From positions 50,664-114,663 of the forward strand of contig CAVWPI010000001.1 in NCBI GenBank assembly GCA_963756895.1: a stretch of DNA of 64,000 nt. The letters are read 5' to 3'. Positions 1 to 8,044 of this stretch are shown here, one piece after another. The stretch is from an uncultured Actinomycetes bacterium. Lineage in GTDB: Bacteria > Actinomycetota > Acidimicrobiia > IMCC26256 > DASPTH01. Position numbers and translations under genes: made by a program. Within the stretch, counting starts at the first letter, position 1. Every line of letters starts with the position of its first letter. The notes under the pieces are model-generated. The model had not been told where the DNA came from, did not search any database, and saw nothing but the letters and a program-made list of their open reading frames with translations.

Positions 1-489
1 TGGGAGCCGTTGCGTGCGCTCGGGAGCGACTACGTGGTCGTCCACCGCCATCCCGCGGTCGCGAAGGTCGCGCGCCGGGTTCACGGACGCGACACGCCCA
101 CGGTGGCGGTCGACCCGCAGGCCTGGCGCCAGTACCCGTGGCGAGGTCCGGCGCTCCAGCTGCCCTGGACCCACTCGCCGGCAGTGATGCTCGCGGTGGT
201 CGCCGGTGCGCGCGCCGTCGTCACCTACAGCCTGCACCTCGCGATCTTCGCCCTCTCGCAGTCGGTGCCCTTCGCCGTCGTGGATCTCGGCGCCGATGAC
301 GGGCAGAGCAACAAGATCCGGCGCTACCTCGCCCGCGCCGGCCTGGAAGATGCGATGAACCCCCAGGGTGACGACCCGTTGCGCCGCGCCGAGTCGCTGC
401 GCGCTCGGGTCGTGGCGGTGGCGTCGGCCGAGCGGGCCGAGGCGACCGAGCACCTCGACGACGTCGTGCGGGCGGTCTCGATCGACTAG
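1..489 (+). CDS. polysaccharide pyruvyl transferase family protein, C-terminal part (5' end outside window)
   Basis: Frame open from nt 1 (ORF track 10..489). The segment VVTYSLHLAIFALSQSVPFAVVDLG resembles the conserved S-x-RLH-x-x-I-x-A...P block near the C-terminus of PS_pyruv_trans proteins. The context is a polysaccharide locus. Confidence 0.5.
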   Translation, partial: WEPLRALGSDYVVVHRHPAVAKVARRVHGRDTPTVAVDPQAWRQYPWRGPALQLPWTHSPAVMLAVVAGARAVVTYSLHLAIFALSQSVPFAVVDLGADDGQSNKIRRYLARAGLEDAMNPQGDDPLRRAESLRARVVAVASAERAEATEHLDDVVRAVSID

Positions 490-624
490 CCCGGGGCGGT
501 CCTCGGCGAGCGGGACGTATTCACCGGTAGGGTCGCGTCCATCGTCCAGAGCAGAGCATCCCTGGGTCTGGAACCTTCCGGGCGGGTTCCCGGCGGCTGG
601 TTCCTCGACAGTCGAGCCCGCCGC

Positions 625-2025
625 ATGGCGGTGTTCGTCCTCGTGGCCTGCGCGTTGGCGATCCCCGCGGCGGGCGTCGCGCTCGACCGGTTCGGAACCT
701 CGTCCCCGACCACGTGGCTCCTCGCCACGCCCGCCCTGCTGCTGCTCGGCTACGTGACCTCGTTCGGCCCCAAGTGGGCCCTCGCCTTCTTGATCGGGTC
801 GATCGTGTTCGGGTTCTCGGAGACCGTCGCGGTGGGGGCGTTCGACCTGCGGGTCCCCGATCTCTTCTACGTCATCCTGTTCGGATGGGCGCTCGTGATC
901 AGGGCGCGTGGCGGGCAACGCGGCCATCTCATGGGCCGGTCGTTTCTCGCGTTGTGGTTCGTCACGCTCGGCTTCTCGCTGTACCCGCTGCTCCTCCAGG
1001 GTGAGATCGGCACCGACACGCTGATCCCGTGGTTGCGGCTCGTCGCCACGTTCAGCCTGGTCTGGCTGGTTCCGTACGCACTGCGGACCCGGCGGGACGT
1101 CCACTTCGCGCTCGGGGCACTCGGCGCGGTCGCGACCGTCGAGATCGGACAGGCGATCTTGTCGGCGCTGCTCCACGGACAGGTGGGGACCCGGCTGCAG
1201 GGATCATGGGAGACGAACGCGACCGGCCTGATCTCCGTCTGGGTGGTGATCCTCGCGATCCACGGGCCGGTACCGCAGCGGCGCTCGCTTCGCATCGTCA
1301 TGCTCGTCGTCGGCACCACTGGCCTGCTCATGACGCGCTCGCTCGGCGCCACGGCCGCACTGGTCGTCGCCCTCGGTGTCTACGGATTGACGAACGTCCG
1401 GAGATGGCGGTCGGACGCCAAGCCGGCGCTCGTCACGCCCTACCGCCTCGTGATCGTGATCGTCGTGGGGCTCGCCGTGGCGACGACCCTGCGGCCGGTG
1501 AACCTGCCCGGGTCCGAGGAGTTCCGCTCCAGCAGCAGCGCGCACCGCCTCCTGATGGCGGACGCGGGACTCCGGCTGTTCGCCCACCACCCGATCACCG
1601 GCGTCGGCTGGCAGCGCTCGCCCGACGAGGTGCAATCTCCCGAGCTCAACGACGAGCTTCGCCAACGGTGGGAAGGCGTGATCGCCGAGACGCTCTTCCC
1701 GCGCACGCTCGATCGCGGCCCCACCTTGCACAACGCGTACATCCAGATCCTCGCCGAAACGGGAGTCGTCGGGTTCCTCGCCTTCCTCGCCGCGTTGATC
1801 ACGATCGGGATCGGCCTCTACCGGCTGCTGCGCGCCGCGCGCGCCGATCCGTCGCTGTACGTGAGTACGCGGGCGGCCGTGATCCTGCTCGTCGCCACGA
1901 TGGTGTGGTTGAACGACAACCCGCTGTTCGGCTCCCAACCCGAGTCGATCATGGCGGCCCTGTTCCTCGGCATCCTCGCCGCGATCCCGCCGATCCTCGC
2001 TCGCGCGGCGACCGCATCCGACTGA
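625..2025 (+). CDS. O-antigen ligase/polymerase-like (Wzy_C domain) polytopic membrane protein, copy 1
   Basis: ATG at 625. About 10-12 hydrophobic helices. Wzy_C-type loop and motif ...RSPDEVQSPELNDELRQRWEG...LHNAYIQILAETGVVGFLAFL. Paralogous to 31853..33351. Confidence 0.8.
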   Translation: MAVFVLVACALAIPAAGVALDRFGTSSPTTWLLATPALLLLGYVTSFGPKWALAFLIGSIVFGFSETVAVGAFDLRVPDLFYVILFGWALVIRARGGQRGHLMGRSFLALWFVTLGFSLYPLLLQGEIGTDTLIPWLRLVATFSLVWLVPYALRTRRDVHFALGALGAVATVEIGQAILSALLHGQVGTRLQGSWETNATGLISVWVVILAIHGPVPQRRSLRIVMLVVGTTGLLMTRSLGATAALVVALGVYGLTNVRRWRSDAKPALVTPYRLVIVIVVGLAVATTLRPVNLPGSEEFRSSSSAHRLLMADAGLRLFAHHPITGVGWQRSPDEVQSPELNDELRQRWEGVIAETLFPRTLDRGPTLHNAYIQILAETGVVGFLAFLAALITIGIGLYRLLRAARADPSLYVSTRAAVILLVATMVWLNDNPLFGSQPESIMAALFLGILAAIPPILARAATASD

Positions 2026-2049
2026 CCGGCCCGCGTCGGACGCCGGCCG

Positions 2050-3729
2050 TCAACCGTCGTCGGTGGTTCCGGTCGGCGGATCCGCGCCTTCCGTGGTGTG
2101 ACCCGCCCCGTTGGGGGACGCCCCGCTCGCCGCCGACCACATGATGGCGTGAGCGGGCTCGGCCGCCGCCGACCCGTTGGGTGTGGCCGGCGATGCGTCG
2201 GAGATCGCCCGCTGCGCCGCTCCGTTCAGCTTCCGCCAGCGATCGACCTGGCGGCGCTCCCGGCGGCTCCGCTCCTCACCGAAGCCGCCGGTCTCGGTGC
2301 TGGCGGCGGACTGCAGCACCAACCCGAGCAGCGGTGCGTCGACCTGGCGGAGCAGCTCGAGCGCCTTCCGCAGCTCCTTCTTGCGGGTCACGCGGGCAGT
2401 CGCGACCAACAGGATCCCGCCGAGCGCCGGCGCCAGCGCGACGGTGTCGGTGGCCAGCAGCAGCGGCGGGGTGTCCACGATCACGAGCGCGTCGTCGGCG
2501 TGCAGCTCGCCGAGCACCTCGTGACTGCGCGGCGACGCGAGCAGCTCGGCCGGTTTCGGTGGGATGGGCCCGCTCGGGAGCACGAACAACCGGTCGTTGC
2601 CCTCGGTGGGCCGCAGCGAGCGCACGTAGCCGGACACGAGCGACGTGAACCCGGTGTCGTTCGGGATGCCGAGGAGGTCGTGGACGTGCGGAGAGCGCAG
2701 GTCGCAGTCGACGAGCACCGTTCGCTCCCCCAACTGTGCGGTCGACACCGCGAGGTTGGTGGCCGTCTCGGTCTTTCCGTCCCTCGTGCGGGCCGACGTG
2801 ATCGCGATGCACGGCACGCGGTCGGCCACCGCGAAGAGCACCGCCGTGCGCAGGGACCGGTACGCCTCGGCGGCCGGAGACGCCGGTTGCTCGAGCACCT
2901 CCACTTTTCCTTTTCCGTCCCGCCAGCGCGTCGGGGGGATCGTCCCGAGCAGTGGAACCTCGGCCCCGGCGACCCGGACGAGATCCTGTTGCGTGCGGAT
3001 CGAGTCGTCGAGGAGCTCGAGCAACAACGCGGCGAGCACGCCGAGCAACAGGCCGACGCCGAGCCCGATGAGCATGGCGTGGCCCGTCGTGATGGTGCCC
3101 GAACTGGTGGGCGGCGATCCGGCTCGGAGCACCTCGACGTCGGGTCCCGCGAGCGCTTGCGCGACCCGGAGCTCTGGGAGCCGATCGCGGAGCACCCGCA
3201 TCTGCGTGGTCAACGAGTTGATCTCGTTGGTCACGGTGGGGGAGGGCTGCCCGCGTGCCTGCGCGTTGAGTTGGTTGACCTGCTGCCGCAACGCGGTGAT
3301 CTGGTTGTTCACGGACCCCACGCGAATGCCGGCGATGTAGGTGAGGTAGTTCTTGTAGGCCTCGATGTGCGCGTCGATGCTCTTGGCCGCGAGCGCTGGA
3401 TCCGTGCTCACGGCGCGGAGCGTGACGCTCCCGCTCTCACCGTCGAACGTGGCGTCCACCGCAGGCGCGTTGGGAAGCTGTCCCAGCGCCGCTCGGTGGA
3501 CGGTGTCGCTCTGCACCACCTGGCTCTGCGTCGCGACGATGCCCTTCTCCGTCGTCTGCGCGACGACGATCTGTCCGACTGCGGTGTAGGTCTTCTCCTG
3601 GTTGGTGGCCCAGGCGTACGCGGCCGCGACCGCGAGCACGGTGACCGCCACGATGACCCAGGCGCGCCGTCGGAGGATGCGCAGGTACTCGCTCGGATCC
3701 AGTGGAGCCTGGGCCGGGACCTCGATCAC
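2050..3729 (-). CDS. polysaccharide co-polymerase (Wzz-like) fused to BY-kinase-type P-loop ATPase, copy 1
   Basis: ORF 2050..3867. N-terminal TM helix plus coiled Wzz-like region plus second TM. C-terminal ATPase with Walker A SARTRDGKTET, Walker A' VLVDCDLRSP and Walker B LVIVDTPP. Start placed at the in-frame GTG at 3729 by alignment to paralog 33559..35166 (PSEYLRILRRRAWVIV vs FGDYLGILRRHAWVVV). Confidence 0.8.
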   Translation of the reverse strand: MIEVPAQAPLDPSEYLRILRRRAWVIVAVTVLAVAAAYAWATNQEKTYTAVGQIVVAQTTEKGIVATQSQVVQSDTVHRAALGQLPNAPAVDATFDGESGSVTLRAVSTDPALAAKSIDAHIEAYKNYLTYIAGIRVGSVNNQITALRQQVNQLNAQARGQPSPTVTNEINSLTTQMRVLRDRLPELRVAQALAGPDVEVLRAGSPPTSSGTITTGHAMLIGLGVGLLLGVLAALLLELLDDSIRTQQDLVRVAGAEVPLLGTIPPTRWRDGKGKVEVLEQPASPAAEAYRSLRTAVLFAVADRVPCIAITSARTRDGKTETATNLAVSTAQLGERTVLVDCDLRSPHVHDLLGIPNDTGFTSLVSGYVRSLRPTEGNDRLFVLPSGPIPPKPAELLASPRSHEVLGELHADDALVIVDTPPLLLATDTVALAPALGGILLVATARVTRKKELRKALELLRQVDAPLLGLVLQSAASTETGGFGEERSRRERRQVDRWRKLNGAAQRAISDASPATPNGSAAAEPAHAIMWSAASGASPNGAGHTTEGADPPTGTTDDG

Positions 3730-3891
3730 CGACGACAACGTCAAACACCTCCCTGCCGCCTCAGGGGCCCGGATCTTCGCACACATTCCCTCGATGCGAC
3801 GGGTCGCAAACCGGCACGCCCGCGATACCGCGGAGGGTGTTGACCCGACCACTCTCGATGGCGGCACTCGCCCGCACGACCGCGGCTGTCC

Positions 3892-5037
3892 CTACGAGCG
3901 CCTCGCGCGCAGGGCGTCGGTCGCCGCGGCGAGGAAGTCGGTGGCGTAGCGCTCGGGGCTGAAGCGGGTGCGGGCCCACTCCGCCGCGTTGCTCCCCAAG
4001 CGAGCGGTCGCGGGACGGTCCTGCGCGAGGGTCTCGAGCTTCTCCGCGAGCTCCGAGACGGCCCCGGGTTCGTAGAGGTAGCCGTTCCAGCCCTCGGTGA
4101 TGAGCTCGGTCGTCCCGCCGGAACGTGTCCCGACCACGGCGGCCCCACACTTCATCGCCTCGACGACGACGCGGGGGAGTCCCTCGAGCTCCGAGCAGCT
4201 CAGTGCGACGTCGGCCGTGGCGAAGTAGCCGAAGCGATCATCCCCGACGAACCCGATGAGATCGACGCGGTCGGCGACGTCGAGGTCCTTGCTCAACTCG
4301 ACCAGCGACTCGACGTACGACGGCACGCCGGGCCCGACGAGGCAGAGCGAGGCGTCCACGCCGCGGGCGCGCAGCGCGCCCAGCGCGCGCACGGCCTGGT
4401 CCTGGCCCTTCCCCGGTGTCATGTACCCGAGCATGGCGATGCGGAGCGGTGCGTCCGGGTCGGACGGCGGGCGGGCGGGCACCGGGTCGATGTCGGCGGC
4501 GTAGTACACGACGCGAAGCTTCGTGGTCTTGATGTGCTCGCCCAGGTCGCGGGCGAGCGCCTCCGACGTCGCCACGACGATGGTCGACAACGCCCCGAGC
4601 ACCCGCAGGCTCAGCGACCGACCGGCATGGAAGTAGACGTTGTGCTGTTCGACACCGAATTCCATCGCGTACTGGACGTGAGCTACGCCGGCGAGCCGGC
4701 TCGCGGCCGCGGCGCTCGGCACGGTGATCGTGCCGGTGACCACGACGTCGGGCCGGTGGGAGCGGAAGTGCCGGGCGAGTCGTCCGACGGCGCGCAGGTT
4801 CGTGTTCAAGAGGCGGAGCTTCCGCCGGGGCGACGCCCGGGGAGTCGCCCACCGTCCGTACTCGATGACGTGCGTGGTGATCCCGAGGTCGGCGAACAGG
4901 TCGAGCAGCGGGCCCTCGGTGGGGCAGATCAGCTCGAGCTCGTGGTCGCCGTCCGCCCGGAGACTCGCGGCCAGCTCGTGGAGGCAGAGCTCGGCACCGT
5001 ACAGCTCGGCCGAGTGCGAGACGAACGTGATCTTCAT
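3892..5037 (-). CDS. glycosyltransferase family 4 (GT-B fold)
   Basis: ORF 3892..5226. Start set at ATG 5037 (MKITFVSHSAELYGAELCL), which forms an ATGA overlap with the stop of the upstream gene. C-terminal block SCSELEGLPRVVVEAMKCGAAVVGTRSGGTTELI is the Glycos_transf_1 E-x7-E region. Confidence 0.85.
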   Translation of the reverse strand: MKITFVSHSAELYGAELCLHELAASLRADGDHELELICPTEGPLLDLFADLGITTHVIEYGRWATPRASPRRKLRLLNTNLRAVGRLARHFRSHRPDVVVTGTITVPSAAAASRLAGVAHVQYAMEFGVEQHNVYFHAGRSLSLRVLGALSTIVVATSEALARDLGEHIKTTKLRVVYYAADIDPVPARPPSDPDAPLRIAMLGYMTPGKGQDQAVRALGALRARGVDASLCLVGPGVPSYVESLVELSKDLDVADRVDLIGFVGDDRFGYFATADVALSCSELEGLPRVVVEAMKCGAAVVGTRSGGTTELITEGWNGYLYEPGAVSELAEKLETLAQDRPATARLGSNAAEWARTRFSPERYATDFLAAATDALRARRS

Positions 5038-6218
5038 CGCCGCTCGGAGGAAGGGACGCCCGCCGACACCGGCGCGGCATCGACGAGGATTCCCGCGATC
5101 TCCTCGACCGCGCCGGGGTCGAGGTTCGGATGGAGCGGCACCGTGAACGCGCGCGCGGCGAACGCCCGGCTCACCGGCACGTCGCTCCCCACCAGATCGG
5201 CGAAGGCGGTGAAGTCGGTGATGCACGGGTAGTGCATGCTGGTTTGGATGCCGACGTCGTGCAGCGCGGCGGCGACGACCTCACGGGTGTCGGCATCGGG
5301 AGCGATCAGCACCATGAGGTGGTGCGCACTGGTCGCGGCGCGGTCGGCGTGCACGAGGCCGAGGGACGAGCGGCCCGCGAGGAGCGCCCGGTACTGCTCG
5401 ACCCGCGCCCGCCGGGAAGCGTTTCCCCCCTGCAGTTTCGCGAGCTGCACCCGACCGAGCGCGGCGCGCAGATCGTCGATCCGGTAGTTGAAGCCGTGTC
5501 CGACGACGTCGTACCCGCGCGCCTGGCCCTGGAATCGGTCCCAGGTCAGCGTGGTCATGCCGTGCGAACGCAGGAGGCGCACGCGCTCGGCCAGTTGCCC
5601 GTCGGCGGTGACGACCATGCCGCCTTCGCCGGTCGCGAGGTTCTTGTTGCTGAAGAACGAGAAGCAGGCGAGATCGCCCAGACTCCCGACGACGCGGTCG
5701 GCGTCGGGCCCCGCGACCGACCCGTAGGTCGCGCCGACGGCATGACACGCGTCCTCGACGACCGCCACGCCACGCTCCCGCGCGATGGCGGTGATCTCCT
5801 CCATCCGGCACGCGGCCCCGCCGTAATGCATCACGACGATGGCGCGCGTGCGCGGGCCGACGAGGGCCTCGACGTGGCGGGGACTGACGGTGGGATCGTC
5901 GAGCGCGACGATGTCGGCGAACACCGGCGCCGCACCCACCGCGAGGGTCATGTTGGCGGCGGCGACGAAGTTCATGGCCGGTTGCACGACTTCGTCGCCC
6001 GCCGAGAGGCCGAGTGCGAGGAACGCGAGGTGCAGCGCCGCGGTCCCGCTCGCGACCGCGATCGCGTGGTCCACGCCGACGAGCTCCGCGAACTCACGTT
6101 CGAACGCCTGGACCTCGGGTCCCATCGACAACCACCGGTCGTCGAGCGGGCCGAGGGCTGCCGCACGTTCACGCTGGTCGTAGTCGAGGTCGGTGAGCGG
6201 GATCCGCCAGCCGGCCAT
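5034..6218 (-). CDS. DegT/DnrJ/EryC1/StrS-family PLP-dependent NDP-sugar aminotransferase
   Basis: Full-length ORF with ATG at 6218. Motifs VASGTAALHLAF, DACHAVGA and FSFFSNKNLATGEGGMV (PLP lysine). Confidence 0.9.
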   Translation of the reverse strand: MAGWRIPLTDLDYDQRERAAALGPLDDRWLSMGPEVQAFEREFAELVGVDHAIAVASGTAALHLAFLALGLSAGDEVVQPAMNFVAAANMTLAVGAAPVFADIVALDDPTVSPRHVEALVGPRTRAIVVMHYGGAACRMEEITAIARERGVAVVEDACHAVGATYGSVAGPDADRVVGSLGDLACFSFFSNKNLATGEGGMVVTADGQLAERVRLLRSHGMTTLTWDRFQGQARGYDVVGHGFNYRIDDLRAALGRVQLAKLQGGNASRRARVEQYRALLAGRSSLGLVHADRAATSAHHLMVLIAPDADTREVVAAALHDVGIQTSMHYPCITDFTAFADLVGSDVPVSRAFAARAFTVPLHPNLDPGAVEEIAGILVDAAPVSAGVPSSERR

Positions 6219-6262
6219 CAGGAGAGGCCGACCATCAGGAAAGAGCCGACCATCAGGAAAGA
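6211..6262. repeat. tandem duplication of a stop-start junction: perfect 18-nt unit gccgaccatcaggaaaga x2 (6227-6244, 6245-6262) plus a diverged copy ccggccatcaggagag (6211-6226)
   Basis: Read directly from the sequence. On the minus strand every unit carries TGATG (stop overlapping start). It lies between the nucleotidyltransferase stop (6253-6255) and the aminotransferase ATG (6216-6218). Confidence 0.85.
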
Positions 6263-6999
6263 AAGGCGTCGGGGTCGAACGCGTAGAGCTCCTGCGCGGT
6301 CGCGTAGTCGTCGGGCCGGCCGATGTCGAGCCACAGGCAGTCGGTCACGAACGCGCCGACGGGCTCGCCGTGGTCGAGCAGGCGGTGCACCAGATCCGGC
6401 AGGTCGAGGTAGACCCCCGGCTCCACGTGCGCGAGCGCCGAGGGCTCCATCACGTACACGCCCATGCTCACGTCGTAGGTCTGCTCCGGCTTCTCGATGT
6501 ACCCGGTCACCCGGTCGTCACCGTCGAGCTGCAGGATACCCAGGTCGACCTTCACCCGGCGCCGGTGCACGCCGATCGTGAGCGTCGACCCGGACCGTTG
6601 GTGGTGAGCGACCAGCGCCCCGAAGTCGATGTCGGTGAGCACGTCGCCGTTCAGCATGAGGAAGGTGTCGTCGAGCCCGGAGACGAGCGCGAGTGCGCCG
6701 GCGGTGCCGAGCGGCTCGCGCTCCTTGACGTAGCTCAGGTCGACGTCGCACAGGAGCTCGTCGCGCTGGCCGAAGTAGGCCTGCACGAGCTCTCCGTGAT
6801 GACCGAGGGCGAGGACCACGTCGTGCACACCGGCGATCGCGAGTCGGCGGATGAGCAGCTCGAGGATCGGCCGCTCACCGATCGGCACCAACGGCTTCGG
6901 GAAGGTGGCCGTGTACGGGAACAGGCGCGTGCCCTTGCCGCCCACCAGGATCACCGCCCGCAGGTCCCGGATCGGGGTCGGCCCGGCGCTGCGGGTCAT
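6253..6999 (-). CDS. sugar-1-phosphate nucleotidyltransferase (NTP_transferase family)
   Basis: C-terminal 248 aa of ORF 6253..7785. ATG at 6999 forms an ATGA overlap with the upstream stop. Signature AVILVGGKGTRLFPYTATFPKPLVPIG, followed by GTAGAL and LNGDVL. Confidence 0.85.
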   Translation of the reverse strand: MTRSAGPTPIRDLRAVILVGGKGTRLFPYTATFPKPLVPIGERPILELLIRRLAIAGVHDVVLALGHHGELVQAYFGQRDELLCDVDLSYVKEREPLGTAGALALVSGLDDTFLMLNGDVLTDIDFGALVAHHQRSGSTLTIGVHRRRVKVDLGILQLDGDDRVTGYIEKPEQTYDVSMGVYVMEPSALAHVEPGVYLDLPDLVHRLLDHGEPVGAFVTDCLWLDIGRPDDYATAQELYAFDPDAFLS

Positions 7000-8036
7000 A
7001 CGACGTACTCGGCGGGGTGCAGGGTGTCGCCCCGGCCCTCGAGGTCGGCGGCGGTACGGCGCAAGCCCTCGTCGAGGCCGACCTCGGGTCGCCACCCGAG
7101 CAGCGACCGGGCTCGGGCCGGATCGCACTGCAGCAGGCCCACCTCGCTGCCCGCCGGCCGCATCCGTTCCTCGTCGACCTCGACGGTCGCGTCGGAGCCC
7201 GTGACCGCGAGACAACGATCGACCAGCTCGCCCATGGTCAGGGCGTGTCCCTGGCCGCAATGGATGGTCTGCCCGTCGATGCCGGCCGTCGCCCCGGCGA
7301 GCACGAACGCCCGGGCGGTGTCGGTGACGTAGGTGAGGTCGCGGCGGGGCTCGAGGTTCCCGACCCGGATCGCGGCGCGGCCGGCGATGGCCTGGCCGAG
7401 GATCGTCGGGATGATCGCCCGCGCCGACTGCCGCGGACCGAACGTGTTGAAGGGCCGGAGGACGACCACCGGCACGCCGAAGGACCGGTGGTACGACTCC
7501 GCCAGCTTGTCGGCGGCGATCTTGCTCGCCGCGTACGGGGACTGCGCCTGCAGCGGATGGTCCTCGTCGATGGGCGCGTACCGGGCCGTGCCGTAGACCT
7601 CGCTCGTCGACGTCACGACGAGGCGCCCGACTGCGTGCCGCCGCGCGGCTTCGAGCACGTTCAGCGTGCCGACGACGTTGGTCGAGACGTACGACGCCGG
7701 CGCCCGGTACGAGTACGGAATGCCGATGAGTGCGGCGAGGTGGAACACGCGGTGGCAGCCCTCGACGACGTCGTCGACGCTCCACGCGTCGGTGACGTCA
7801 CCCATGCGCACGTCGAGGGCCGGAGGGGACTCGCGGCGCAACGCTTCCAGGTTTCCCCAGTCGTTCCGGCTGTTGTAGTGCACGAGCCCGCGCACTTCGA
7901 AGCCCTCCGCGAGGAGGGCCTCGACCAGGTGGCTCCCGATGAACCCCCCGGCGCCGGTCACGAGGACGGTCACGGGTCCGTCGCCGCGCCCGCCCACGCG
8001 TCGACCTCCCGCCCGCCCTGGGCCGTCAGTGGTCAT
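6996..8036 (-). CDS. NAD-dependent NDP-sugar epimerase/dehydratase (extended SDR)
   Basis: Rossmann motif VLVTGAGGFIGSHL and catalytic SPYAASK (YxxxK). SEVYG and RPFNTFGP blocks are typical of 4,6-dehydratase/decarboxylase-like SDRs. Confidence 0.85.
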   Translation of the reverse strand: MTTDGPGRAGGRRVGGRGDGPVTVLVTGAGGFIGSHLVEALLAEGFEVRGLVHYNSRNDWGNLEALRRESPPALDVRMGDVTDAWSVDDVVEGCHRVFHLAALIGIPYSYRAPASYVSTNVVGTLNVLEAARRHAVGRLVVTSTSEVYGTARYAPIDEDHPLQAQSPYAASKIAADKLAESYHRSFGVPVVVLRPFNTFGPRQSARAIIPTILGQAIAGRAAIRVGNLEPRRDLTYVTDTARAFVLAGATAGIDGQTIHCGQGHALTMGELVDRCLAVTGSDATVEVDEERMRPAGSEVGLLQCDPARARSLLGWRPEVGLDEGLRRTAADLEGRGDTLHPAEYVV

Positions 8037-8044
8037 GTACGACC

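Noticed and set aside
2025-2050. Intrinsic terminators at convergent gene ends, such as ccggc...gccgg at 2028-2048 and ccggcgaggtgccgg at 50862-50876.
   Set aside because: They have only 5-bp stems and no U-tract. Such short GC palindromes are abundant by chance at this composition. Several other convergent pairs physically overlap, leaving no room for a terminator.
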